A stretch of DNA of 63,760 nt, counting the filler, from Welwitschia mirabilis (Eukaryota), in assembly GCA_051453625.1 (NCBI GenBank). It is 6 parts of one record of this genome, joined end to end, with 100 filler letters (N's around TTAATTAATTAA, not from the genome) between each part and the next. Parts side by side here need not be neighbours in the genome. Positions count along the whole stretch, not along the records: positions 1 to 5,239 come from JBOZIK010000001.1; positions 5,340 to 13,785 come from JBOZIK010000001.1; 4 more parts are not named here. One strand, 5' to 3'. Both the position numbers and the translations under genes were made by a program. The notes under the pieces are model-generated. The model did not search any database and was not told the DNA's origin. It saw only the letters and a program-made list of their open reading frames with translations. Positions within the stretch are counted from its first letter, which is position 1. Every line of letters begins with the position of its first letter. Shown here piece after piece: positions 1-10,954 of the stretch.

Positions 1-746
1 CTTCCAACAATTTCTTATCATAAGTCCTATCTTTTTTTTCCCTCCCTCTTTTTAATAAATCACCCCAAGGGAGTTAACACCCTAACTTCCCTTTTACAAC
101 ATTGAAAGAGGGGCCAATGTTGAAACATAACATTACAATATAAGATAACAAATTTGGCTTCACAAATTAGCAGTATGCGTAGGAGAAAGAAGATCTATAT
201 TACTAGGATGCAAATGAACATGTTGCTATATGAGATGCAAGAATCCATACCCTTTAAATAGGCTTAGGGTTTTTAACTGAAACCAAACTTTACAATGCTA
301 ACCTCACCTTCCATTTGCTAATAGTTTTGCTTTATATTTTAACTTTTAATTACAAAACGTAAATGGACTACCAAGGGCTAACTCTCCTTTACAACACTAC
401 AACGTTACATAAGAACACTAATACCAGATTTGGTTTACACCATAGATAGTTTAAGATCATGGAATCATGATTCTGATTTGGCATTGTTAGTCCACATCAT
501 TTTGAGGCGCGTTTGAGCCTGTACAAAATTGATAATGATGCTTCTCATATACGGTTTCCCAAACGATACCAAGATTAGATTAACTTATTCATGCTCTATT
601 AAAGATTTTCCATTGCATAATTTATTTGTTCAAACGATTGCTGCTGTGAATACTGTTTTCCCCCCTTTTCTTGTTTGCAGCTATATGTTAGTTTGCTTGA
701 AACTTTGAATTGATCCATTTGTTGTACAATCTCCTCCATCATGCAG

Positions 747-825
747 AGGAAGTCTCTTTCGCTTATTGCAGAGAAATACACCTGGAATGGATTGGAAGCG
801 ACGCATACGCATGGCCTTAGATGTT
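747..825 (+). CDS. Raf-like kinase exon (subdomain V-VIa)
   Basis: tgcag|A GGA AGT CTC...GAT GTT|gtaag; [26 protein letters not shown]. Confidence 0.93.
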
Positions 826-3800
826 GTAAGTATTATGTTTATATTCAACTTTGTGGCACCAAGGATAACACTTCAGTTGTTTTGTGGTCATGAAAAGGTA
901 TAGGTAAGTACGCTTTACTTATTCTTATTTTCAACTGATCATATTATCCCTACCAGGCACGAGGCATGAACTATCTTCATCGTTTGAATCCTCCCATCAT
1001 CCACAGGGACCTAAAATCATCAAATCTCTTGGTGGACAAAAACTGGACTGTCAAGGTTTCTATTTGTTTTGTTTTGTCTGCTTTGCACATTCGCAAATAC
1101 TTTTTTGAGCTTCTATTTCGTGCTGGTGCTTGTTCATTCATGCGGGTAATGATGTTTTGTCAGGTTGGAGATTTTGGCCTTTCACGCCTAAAAAATGCAA
1201 CAATGTTGACAACAAAAGGAGGGAAAGGCACTGTACAGTCCTATCCCATTATTGATTGTTTTTGCAGTATACCTTCGCTTCTTTGTCGTAGCAATGTAGA
1301 TGATATTAATTAAAGAAAAATGTTTGATTGGCAGCCTCAATGGATGGCTCCTGAAGTACTGCGGAATGAACCTTCAAATGAAAAGTTAGTTGAGAATTGC
1401 TTTTCTTTTCATTATTTACTTGCAACATGGATGCAATATTTATATCGTTTCTTTTTGAGTTTGCAAATTTTCCTTTTCTGTGAATATTAATCATCATGCA
1501 AAAATTTGTTTTTCATCATAATATAATTATATTTGGAAATTGATTATAGTGTTTTTGCTTGATGAGAAATGCGCAGGTCTGATGTTTACAGTTTTGGTGT
1601 CATACTGTGGGAATTAGCTACAGGAAAGATTCCATGGGATAATCTTAACCCTATGCAAGTATGTTTTTCCTCTATGCACTAGAGTTTTGTGCTTCACATT
1701 GTTAATTACTCTTTGTGTCTCATAATGATGGTTATCATTGGAGTGCTTTGTTTTCTGCATTTCTCTTTGTTTATTTAAGCTTGCATGTGAACAATATAAT
1801 GAGCAATAAATCAAGCATTCGGGCATTCTATTGCTAAATTTCATTTAAATGTGATAATATTTCAAATTTTCAGGCAGTTATTAATGATCTTGATTACCAC
1901 CATTTGACTGAACACAGGGTTCTTTTGACTCTCAGAAAGCCTAAATAAACGTATAGATCAATGTATGAATTTTTATAAATTACCAATGTGTAATGGATGT
2001 TGTCCAGTTGAAAAATTGGTACTAGGTTAATTTGTATATGGGGATAGATCGAGCACTCACTGCACGCTGGGGTTGCTGCTATCTAGTTGTCTGCTCAGGA
2101 ATACCTCGCCCAGCGTTATTACTAAGGATAATGGTGGTAGTTTCTGACATATCGCGGCTGAAAATATTTGCTGCCACAATAACGCTGGTAAAGCCCTTGT
2201 GTTGATATGTTGTTTTTGCAGCTTTCATGCCTGTGAGTATACATGTGCTATACCATCCCTTTATTTACAATATAGACATACGCTAAATTTGTGGACTAGG
2301 TTCAATGATGACCGTTTGGTTTCTTGTCCAAAGCAATAGGACCAACCAACCTTTTTGCAGCTTTTTATGAGACAGGTACCCATACCACTAGCTTGATTAG
2401 CCAGCAGCTGGTGATATACTGCTGCAGGTGGCATTTTGCCTACATTGCCTGTTGGATCTGTTTTCTAAAGATTTAAAAACCCTATAACACTGTGATCTGT
2501 ATTGCACTTTAAATTAAACCAGTTTGAATGTTGACGTCTCAACAATTAATTACCACATAATTACGTTCAGAGGTGTCTATATAGCAATATGTCATAGCCT
2601 TTTCTCAGTGTTTACTTTTTATGTTTGGATCTACCCAAGAATTGGAAATATGAAAATACATTTTTATAGAGTTTCATGGGCATGGGGTTTTATGACAGTA
2701 TTTACTTCTTAAACATTGTAGATTTTCTTTGAATTTATTATGATTCCAAAATGCGTGTGTCCAAACAAAGGAAATGTAGTCCTGCTATGAAAAATGAAAT
2801 GCATTAAAATAGCAAAGAAGAACAAGAAGCAAAGAGAGAGAGAGTTCTTTGGTAAAACCATCAAATGGAGAGAGAAGTATGTACAGGGAAAGCATGCCTG
2901 AGCTCTATTTCTTCATAAAAAGGAATAGAACGTATCTTGATCAATGGTTTCAAATCCTTAAATACAAAACCCACGGACTTAGCTATGGCTGTTGGATCAA
3001 GGGCTATAACATCAATGGCCCAGGTTACATGCTTGAGGGGACAATTGGATTATGAACTATGAGAAATAGATATAATGCATGAAAAGAAGGCTCATAGAAA
3101 ATTTACCTCTGTGGTGGTGATCCATGCCTTGGAGTAGGCCATACCTAATTCCAGATCAATAGTTGTTTTATAACATTCAAAAGCTCGTCCAAGACTCAGC
3201 TTCCTGTGGAACCCCAAGAGATCCTGGGTTAGGAAATGTCTTTCAAATGAAACATTAATGGATATTCTGAGAAAAGGTGCGTGGAAAAACCAGTCATTCT
3301 AGAGCCAGGATTCCTCATAGGGTTTGTATTCTATTTTGCCTAGTTGTTATTATGGGATGGGATTTATGTCTCTTGTCATGTTTTTAGGCATTTTGTGGCT
3401 TTATTTATGTTTTTCTATATTCTATTTCCTTTGAAGGCAAGTGATATATTGGTTCCTAATGATTTAGAATTTCCAGATAAAGTTTATATCTCAAATTATA
3501 TGCACATTTTAAATGTTCTTGAAGGGAAAATGTAAGATTGAAATCTTGAGTAATCTTTTGCATCCCTAATAAAATGCGTTTTCAATTCTCTTCCAAGAGA
3601 AGGGGTTTTGAGCAGATTCTTGAAGGACATATGTAAGATTACTAGTTCACATGGTGGCAGTTAAGTTGCCACATTGCCTAAAAGTCAAAATAATATGTAC
3701 TAATTAGGCATTAGAACTGAAGCTAAATGTTCTTTTTCATAGGAATATAACTATGCAATATGGCATGCTAGATTCAGGCAATTCATGTACAGGTCCTTGG

Positions 3801-6800
3801 ATTTGATGTATGAAAAAGAGATTTTTAGGGGCATGTTGGGATTTAAGATGCCTTCACAACCTTATTACAAAATTTCTGAAAATAAGTAAGTTTTCCAGAC
3901 AATCTTCTCACGATTTCATATCNNNNNNNNNNCCAATGCAAATGCTTCGTATTGGGAACAACAAGCGTCTGAGTATTATTATCAACCATTCTTCTCGAAT
4001 AAGCTAGGGACTTTCTTTGAACACAAAGGATTGTATTTGCAACATATTTTATGCTGTCAAACATGAAACTGGAAACTTAGAAATGAACCACGCTTAAAAA
4101 GGTTCATACCAACCAAGGTGGAGCATTTGTATCTAGTAAATTAAAACTTTCTTGTAGAAGGCATGATATCATTTCCTAGAAGATCATAGCATATGCTTCT
4201 TAGTAGAACAAAGAATAGAATCATTATGAACATGGATTATTGCCTTCTAGCCCAAGAAAAACTAAATCATGAGCTTTGGGTTGAAGCTTGTTTAAAGATG
4301 GTCTGCAGTTTTAATTGAGTTCCATTAAAGGCACTCAGGATAACACCATATGAATTGTGGCATTGGTGTACACCTCTAGTTTCTTAGTTGCATATCCTTG
4401 TCTGAATGTTTGGCACATCTTCTTAGTCCCTCATGTCAAGAAGTGGTTCGTAAGATTAGGAAATGTAACTTTGTGGGCTATGAACATAAAATGAGGGAAC
4501 GTTGACTATAGTTTAAAAAGTCATTAAATTTGAAGAGACACTATGCTCCAAAAAAGTTAAGACTATGAGTTAGGAGATTAGTTACCAAAAGTTGACCAAA
4601 AAGGTTGACAATAACACTCATGTGAAATCGAAGCTGAAATTTTCTGATGTCTGTAGAACCAAAGGAACTATTGGAGAAAAGCCCACGGCTCATGCAGAGC
4701 CAAGATAGATTCTACAAAATGCCACAAAACCATTGCGTGAGTGGATTCTTGAAGGTCATATTTAAGATTACTATTTGACGTGGTGGCAGTTCAGTTGCCC
4801 TATTGCCTAAAAGTCAAAATAATATGTACTAATTAGGCATTAGAACTGAAGCCAAATATTATTTTCCAGAGGAAGATAGCTATGCAATATGGCACGCTAG
4901 ATTCAGGCAATCCATGCACAGGTCCTTAGATTTGATGTATGAAAAAGAGATTTTTAGGAACATGTTGGGATTTAAGATGCCTTCACAATGTTGTTACAAA
5001 ATTTCTGAAAATAGGTACATAAAGAAAGTTTTCTGTAGAACCTTCTCACAATTTCATATCGATTGATTGGTTAGATATAGTCCACATGTTTTGTGTGGAC
5101 AAATGCAAATGCTTCGTATTGGGAACAACAAGTGTCTGATTATTATTATTATCAACCATTATTCTCTGATGAGCTAGGGCCTTTCTTTGAACACAAAGGA
5201 TAATATGTTGCAAATACGATCCTTTCTTTGAACACAAAGNNNNNNNNNNNNNNNNNNNNNNNNNNNNNNNNNNNNNNNNNNNNTTAATTAATTAANNNNN
5301 NNNNNNNNNNNNNNNNNNNNNNNNNNNNNNNNNNNNNNNTTGCTGGACTAGCGCGTGGGACGCGTGGTTACTGGCTAACGCTCAGCGCTGTTCCGCCTGT
5401 TCGTCTGTATCTAGCGCGCTGTTCCGCCTATTCGTCTATATCTAACGCCTGTCCTGTTGAAGAACCGCGCCGCGTCGAACTTTCAAGGCGATTTTTTAAA
5501 CGATTGTTTCTGGAAACGGCGATTAATCGCGTTTTTGGAGGTCCGGCGACTAATCGCCCAAGAGCGCCTATCGGCCGACCCAGATCGGGTCGACACCATC
5601 AGATCACCGCGACTAGTCGCTGAAACGGCGACTAGTCGCCGTTTAATGCATCTTTGATACTAACCAAGGTGGAGCATTTGTATCTAGTAAATTAAAACTT
5701 TCTTGTAGAAGGCATGGTATCATTTCCTAGAGGATCATAACATATGCTTCTTAGTAGAACAGAAGAATAGAATCATTATGAACATGGATTATTGCCTTCT
5801 AGCCCAAGAAAAACTAAATCATGAGCTTTGGGGTGAAGCTTGTTTAGAGATGGTCTACATTTTTAATTGAGTTCCATTAAAGGCACTCAGGAATATAACA
5901 CTATATGAATTGTGGCATTGTCGTACACCTCTAGTTTCTTAGTTGCATATCCTTGTCTGAATGTTTTGCACATCTTCTTACTCCCTCATGTCAAGAAGTG
6001 GACCGTAAGATTAGGAAATGTAACTTTGTGGGCTATGAAGATAAAATGAGGGAACCTTGACTATAGTTTAAAAAGTCATTAAACTCCAAAAACGTCAAGA
6101 CTATGAGTTAGGAGATTAGTTACCAAAAGCGACCAAAAAAGTTGACAATAACGAATGTGGAAAAACTTCTCTTTACTTACATAATGCTCATTTGAAACTG
6201 AAACTGAAATTGAGTATTTTCTTATGTCTGAAGAACCAAAGGAACTATTGGAGAAAAGCAAACGTCTCATGCAGAGCAAAGATACATTCTACAAAATGCC
6301 ACAAAGTCATTGGGTGCATGAGAAAAATATTGAGCAAATTTTGTGATGAGATACCCCATTTTTGTCTCAAATGGACAATATACAAGTACGCTAAGAAGGT
6401 TAATCCATCTTCCACTTTTTATCCTAAGGTGACGAGAGCTAAGTTTGAGCCTACTGACAAGGCTGCGAATTCTGGTAGACATGCTGAGATTAAGATAGCT
6501 AACTTCCAAGTCTAACTAATTGCCTTTGATATATACAAGATAGAAAATTTTCTTGCCTTCCACATTCATCCAAAGATTGTTGAGCACCTTTTGTCTAACC
6601 AATCTCTGAAAGTTGTTGATATTATGTTTTTTCCTCTACAGAGATGTTTCGACTTGCGTAACCATTGGATTCCATGGAAAAACCAACCTTTTTCTTTTGT
6701 TTCTTCCACCACTATTCTAGAATATTTTGGTTGCTTTGCTTTTATCGTATCTTGAGCATGTGCAATAAATTGGCAAAGTGCTTTCAGCTTATCCAAAAAG

Positions 6801-6808
6801 AGAGAAAG

Positions 6809-6860
<52 letters not shown>

Positions 6861-9309
6861 ACTTTTGAACCCCTTCAATAGCCTTCCAATTTTTCTCAGT
6901 AAGTCTTGCTCCCCCAACAGGACATCCATACAAAACAGTAGGGTATACAATAACTTGGAAGGCTACCTTTCTGACTTGCCAGGCCCACATTCTTAAGGGT
7001 TCACACTTATTTCTAACTCTGTAGAAAGCTTTAATTGCTATAGCAATCCTTTCCTCAATGTGGTTCTTCCATTCGTATTTGTTTGTACAGCGAAGACCCA
7101 AGTATTTAAGAGAGTTAGCTATTTGCACCTTCTCATTTCCAAAATAACACTCATACCCAAAATTTCTAGTTTCCAACACCATCATTTAAGTTTTGTCAAC
7201 ATTGACTTTCATTCTAGAAGAAAGAGAGTAGTTTTCCAATGTTTTTCAAGATTTCACACGTACCTCTTTCTCAAGTAGAAATCAAAGCTGCATCGTTTGC
7301 ATATAGTAGAAGATTATAGCATGGGTCCCTACTATACCAGCATGATTACTGTGAATGTTGGCCAGCCAATCATGCAACTCATCAATGCAGAGACCAAAAA
7401 GAGTTGGAGATAAGAGGACATCCTTGCTTCATTCCAATTTTACTGCAAATCCCAAATTTGTTCTCTGATATGTTAAGCTGAATTATAACCTTCTTGCAGA
7501 GTTTCTGAATAACTGTAAATAGATCAGAAGGAAGACTTATTTTATGCAACTATTCCATAATTTCTTTCTAATAATTGAATCATATGCTTTAGAGATACCA
7601 ATAAAGCATATAAAAAGTTTCTTCTTAGGTTTCTTTGCATCTCCATGCAGTATCTGAGCGTCACTAAATTGTCAATGGTAGAGTGGTTCTCTACGAGGCA
7701 CTGTTTTATGCATTCGTTTTATTAAATGTGCTTAAAATAATTTAGCATGAAAATTGTAACAGGCATGTAAAATTCAAATCACAACCTTTATACATGTTCC
7801 TGAGTTCTAGGAGCCACCTGCTGAGTGCTGTCAGTTTGCTGATGGAGTAGTAAGACTGATGATATGAAGTTCTCATTTGCATGGGATTGCATTTTCTGGT
7901 TTATTTGGCACTAATCACTAATGAAAACATGCTTCAAGTATTCATGACAATTCCTTCATGATGTCATATGCATGTGAGGACTTGATGTTGCAGAATTGAT
8001 GCATGCTGATTGTTTTGACACAGCACCTATGCCTAATGATATCTTAATCTTTCCTGGGATCTGATAGTGATTTTCAAAGGACTAGATATGGTCTCAGGCT
8101 TGTCTTCACTTTTGTTTGGACAGCGTGGACCACTACAATAAGGTCTCATGTGATTGTGTTCATAATGTAACATGTTCTGAATGTTACAAAGTGAAATGTT
8201 CTTTTTTCAATCCATTCCACTTTTTGGAATCCTCTGATTAGCCTTAGCAAGGCCTTATCTTAGCACTTATTATAGAAAGAATGAATTGAACAAAATCAAT
8301 TTACTTTTTATCATGATCTTGATCCTGGTGCATTTGGGTAACAACATAAACTAATCTTATTGTTAATGTACCAATTCACACTGTAAGTTTAAATTATCTC
8401 GAGTACCTTTATCAAGGTTAGAGGCAAATTATGCAAACGGTTCTAGTTTGCAATTTGAGCTGTTCTAACTTCGATTTTCCTTCTACTTGTTTTCATTGCT
8501 TTTATCTAAGCCATGGGGTCTACTCTAGAAATAGAAAGACCCCCATCAATAGCTGGGCATCTCTTTGCATTGAATTGATTAGAAGATAAGCAGATTTGTC
8601 CATCAGTAATAGAAATTACATTAGTGGGATTATAAGCTGAAACACTGCCAGTGTGAGTTTCAACTCTTAGTAGAGTAGTAATGCTACCTTCTCTCAATAG
8701 CTGCTCTTTCCAGAAGACGGGAATGTAAATAGAATATCTTGCTCAAATAAGCTTCTAGGAGGATATTTGTCAATAAGGTTGCGCCTATTTAGAGAGATCA
8801 TCATAAATGATTAATGTATATTGCTTTTTATACATGAAATATTCAGCTAAAGCTGCTCCTGAATGTGCATCACACTTAATTTTTAGTGTTTGATGTATTG
8901 ATATCTGCTGCTAGATTGCATTCATTACATTTCTTCTTGAATATCTCTAAAATTTCAGAAACAGTGGCTTTTAACAAGCTGCAAGTATCTTTGTAAACAA
9001 AGTGAAACACACTCTACAGGTTGTTGGAGCTGTGGGATTTATGAACGAGAAGCTAGAGATTCCAGGAATTGTTGATCGACGATGGGCTTCCATTATTGAG
9101 AGCTGTTGGCAAGAGTAAACATCTTCCCGTATGGCTATATTTGGTAAAACTTCTTTCGTTTTATTTGTGGTATCTGAAAAAGTATATATTTAGTAAGTTT
9201 TTGATGCATGTACAGTGATCCCAGTTGTCGACCATCATTTCAAGAGCTTGTAGATCGATTGAAAGACATTCAAAAGCATTTCTCTGCTTCTTCACCAAGA
9301 AAAACTTGA
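747..9309 (+). CDS. Raf-like MAP3K (probably B2/PAS-type subgroup, CTR1/EDR1 superfamily), 5'-partial; join(747..825,957..1055,1164..1232,1335..1384,1577..1658,9020..9114,9216..9309)
   Basis: Spliced translation is open: (R)[199 protein letters not shown] and GTPQWMAPE are intact; all six introns are GT-AG and phase-compatible. GTPQWMAPE and GAVGFM are, from memory, typical of B2 Raf-like kinases. Confidence 0.95.
957..1055 (+). CDS. Raf-like kinase exon (catalytic loop HRDLKSSN)
   Basis: accag|GCA CGA GGC ATG...GTC AAG|gtttc; 99 nt, phase 0/0. Confidence 0.95.
1164..1232 (+). CDS. Raf-like kinase exon (DFG/activation loop)
   Basis: gtcag|GTT GGA GAT TTT GGC...GGC ACT|gtaca; [23 protein letters not shown]. 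Confidence 0.94.
1335..1384 (+). CDS. Raf-like kinase exon (APE motif)
   Basis: ggcag|CCT CAA TGG ATG GCT CCT GAA...GAA AA|gttag; [16 protein letters not shown](K). Confidence 0.94.
1577..1658 (+). CDS. Raf-like kinase exon (subdomain IX)
   Basis: cgcag|G TCT GAT GTT TAC...ATG CAA|gtatg; [27 protein letters not shown]. Confidence 0.94.
3613..4738 (+). mobile_element. Degenerate Ty1/Copia GAG-pre-integrase/integrase fragment, tandem copy A
   Basis: Decayed motifs IWHARFRQ (LWHxRLGH), TNQGGAFVS (SDNGGEF), [17 protein letters not shown]; many stops; highly similar to 4739-6316. Confidence 0.8.
5240..5339. other. Artificial scaffold spacer N44-TTAATTAATTAA-N44
   Basis: Exactly 100 nt; palindromic 12-mer with stops in all six frames at 5284-5295. 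Confidence 0.95.
5340..5656. mobile_element. One end of a young CpG-rich hAT-like non-autonomous element (other end lost in the gap)
   Basis: Terminus reads CAAAGATGCA on the minus strand (cf. Ac TIR CAGGGATGAAA); palindromic subterminal motifs GCGACTAGTCGC x2, GCGATTAATCGC, CGACTAATCG; Copia homology to copy A resumes exactly at 5657 (atactaaccaagg vs ataccaaccaagg). Confidence 0.65.
6566..7720 (-). mobile_element. 5'-truncated RTE/RTEX-type non-LTR retrotransposon, degenerate RT
   Basis: Minus strand: [58 protein letters not shown] (YADD), KVNVDKT, LKYLGL, PTVLYGC..G, IEGVQK. Confidence 0.85.
6813..6854 (+). repeat. (AG)21 microsatellite inside the RTE-type LINE
   Basis: Perfect AG dinucleotide run of 42 nt. 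Confidence 0.97.
8385..8868 (-). pseudogene. atpA: Nuclear plastid DNA (NUPT): decayed atpA (ATP synthase CF1 alpha) fragment
   Basis: Minus strand: [32 protein letters not shown]...[58 protein letters not shown]...SISRV...[31 protein letters not shown]. The AALAEYFMY, [27 protein letters not shown]-like segments are plastid-type, not mitochondrial atp1. Stops, frameshifts and short deletions present. Confidence 0.92.
9020..9114 (+). CDS. Raf-like kinase exon (subdomain X-XI)
   Basis: tacag|GTT GTT GGA GCT...TGG CAA GA|gtaaa; [31 protein letters not shown]. Confidence 0.93.
9216..9309 (+). CDS. Raf-like kinase terminal coding exon
   Basis: tacag|T GAT CCC AGT TGT CGA CCA TCA TTT...[36 protein letters not shown]. 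Confidence 0.92.
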
Positions 9310-10379
9310 ACTCGAGGAGTTAAAGTTCAGCATGAGCAGTACTAATTAACTGCTGAAAGTCTATATCCTTGGTGAACAAGAAATTCATGTCCATGTGTCA
9401 ACATTGTATATTGAATGTTGTCTTTCTTATTTGATTTGTTGCGTTTGTGTTTGGTGGCTTGTGCAATTGCAGCATAGTGAGCCTTACATCAGTGTCACAG
9501 TATCTTCCTAAATTTTTAGATTTAAAGTTTAGAGAATCATCATGTTGCTTTAATTGGAGTATGGTTCTTGTCATGTTCTTTCCAGTGCCTTTGTTTCCAG
9601 GCTCTCAGCCACCTAATGTTGCAGGCTACGTATCATGTTCATTGTTATCTCTGTTACAGTTAGTGATTCATCTTTCTGCTTCTATATTGTCCATTCATCT
9701 TACATTCTTGATGGTGTGGTCATTGTTATGGTTTGGGAAATAAATCTACAGTGTTTTCCATATCTGCTAATTTACAACAAATGATTTATTGTTCCATACC
9801 ATGCAGGAAGACACAGTGCAGTGTTGATGATGTAGACATATGTAGTCAACTAATGATGGTTTCCACAGTTTGTCATCAGGATGTGAAAACATATACCATA
9901 TATAATTACTATGGAGTAGTGAATTACACTAAAAAATCATGAAAATGGTACCTGTAACAGTTTTGGCAGCAGTTGGCTTCCTATGCTAGGAGTTATATGG
10001 GATCATCTTTGAGTTCTCTATTTCATCTTGTCTTGTGCACATGTGATCTCATTTTTAACCTTAATTAATTGCACTTAGAAGCAAGAAAACTTCTAATGTT
10101 GATACAATTTCAACCCATGTAAGCTTTTCTAGCAAAAGTGATACATACCAAGGGAAAAAAAGAGATAAATAGATAAACAAAGTGACACTTCGATCACCAC
10201 CTTGAACGCTTCAGATGAAGCAAATTTTGCACACATGACATTTTCCCGTTAGTGGATGACAAAATCAAAATATAAGAAAAAAGCTTACTTGATGTGATGT
10301 TCAAAATTGTGTGATGTTTGCTGATGAGCTTGAGTTTGTTCTGACTAGAAGAGCTTCAATTGTACATTTGCATTTTTCG

Positions 10380-10600
10380 GAAAATGATTAATATGGAGAA
10401 TTCAGAGACTCAGAGCAAAGGAAAACAACACAAGGCAGTATTTATAGTGGTTAGGTCATTGTGACCTGGATCCACTCTCCAACATGAACTTCTTGCTTCT
10501 TTTTGCTTTATTCCACAGGAAGACAATACATCTAAGATTTCTATATCACCGTCAGTCTCCAAATTTCAGTTTTTTGGCCTAAATCACAACTTCAAACATA
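10380..10600 (-). mobile_element. Probable Copia LTR fragment
   Basis: atttatagtggttaggtc...gatccactc resembles the reverse complement of the LTR motif gagtggagtaga...ccgaaccactataaat at ~60150-60190; boundaries approximate. Confidence 0.4.
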
Positions 10601-10954
10601 TTTGCTGAATTCTTCCCTGGCATGTGCATTTCATTTGCAAACATGGAACCTGGCTCCCAGACTTGTAGGTGATAAGGGGTGGATCAAATGGTTTGCAGAT
10701 GCTCTGTGCAGAATGAGGAAGCTAGCAATTAACTTTGGCAAATTCTTGAAAGAGAAGATGTTAGCTGAGAGAATAATCTCATTTATTTAAAAGATACGTT
10801 GTACTTGGAGCTACTTTCAGATTTGGGCAATAAAAACTTTGAAGTAAGCTTCATGAAAGTTAGCTTGCAACTATGGAGTCTATAGGAGTTCAAGGTGCAG
10901 ATTAGATGGTTGAAAGCTTATGAATTGGGCCAGCTAAGGAAAGTAATTAAATAG

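Larger units (their letters stand above)
4739..6316 (+). mobile_element. Degenerate Copia integrase fragment, tandem copy B, interrupted by an assembly spacer and a hAT-like end
   Basis: Begins gagtggattcttgaagg (copy A gagcagattcttgaagg) and ends ctacaaaatgccacaaa like copy [26 protein letters not shown] resembles LDLVHxDxCGPMxxxSxGGxxYFxxIIDDYS. Confidence 0.8.

Noticed and set aside
1..420. Possible minus-strand LTR remnant in the upstream intron (gcctatttaaagg TATA-like motif)
   Set aside because: No termini, TSD, PBS or second copy visible.
2304..2420. Possible intronic C/D snoRNA (ATGATGA box C)
   Set aside because: No properly placed CTGA box D, terminal stem or recognisable rRNA antisense element.
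5284..5295. TTAATTAATTAA palindrome as a recurrent regulatory or recombination site
   Set aside because: Always centred between exactly 44 N on each side; an artificial six-frame-stop linker.
6665..6996. ORFs with RERERE or LSLSLS tracts
   Set aside because: Translations of the (AG)21 microsatellite inside a dead LINE.
8385..8868. Mitochondrial atp1 origin (GQICL, GLS) or stops as U-to-C editing sites of a fern/hornwort donor
   Set aside because: Flanking diagnostic segments are plastid-type, and C-to-T stops are more simply explained by the methylation-driven decay seen in all neighbouring repeats.
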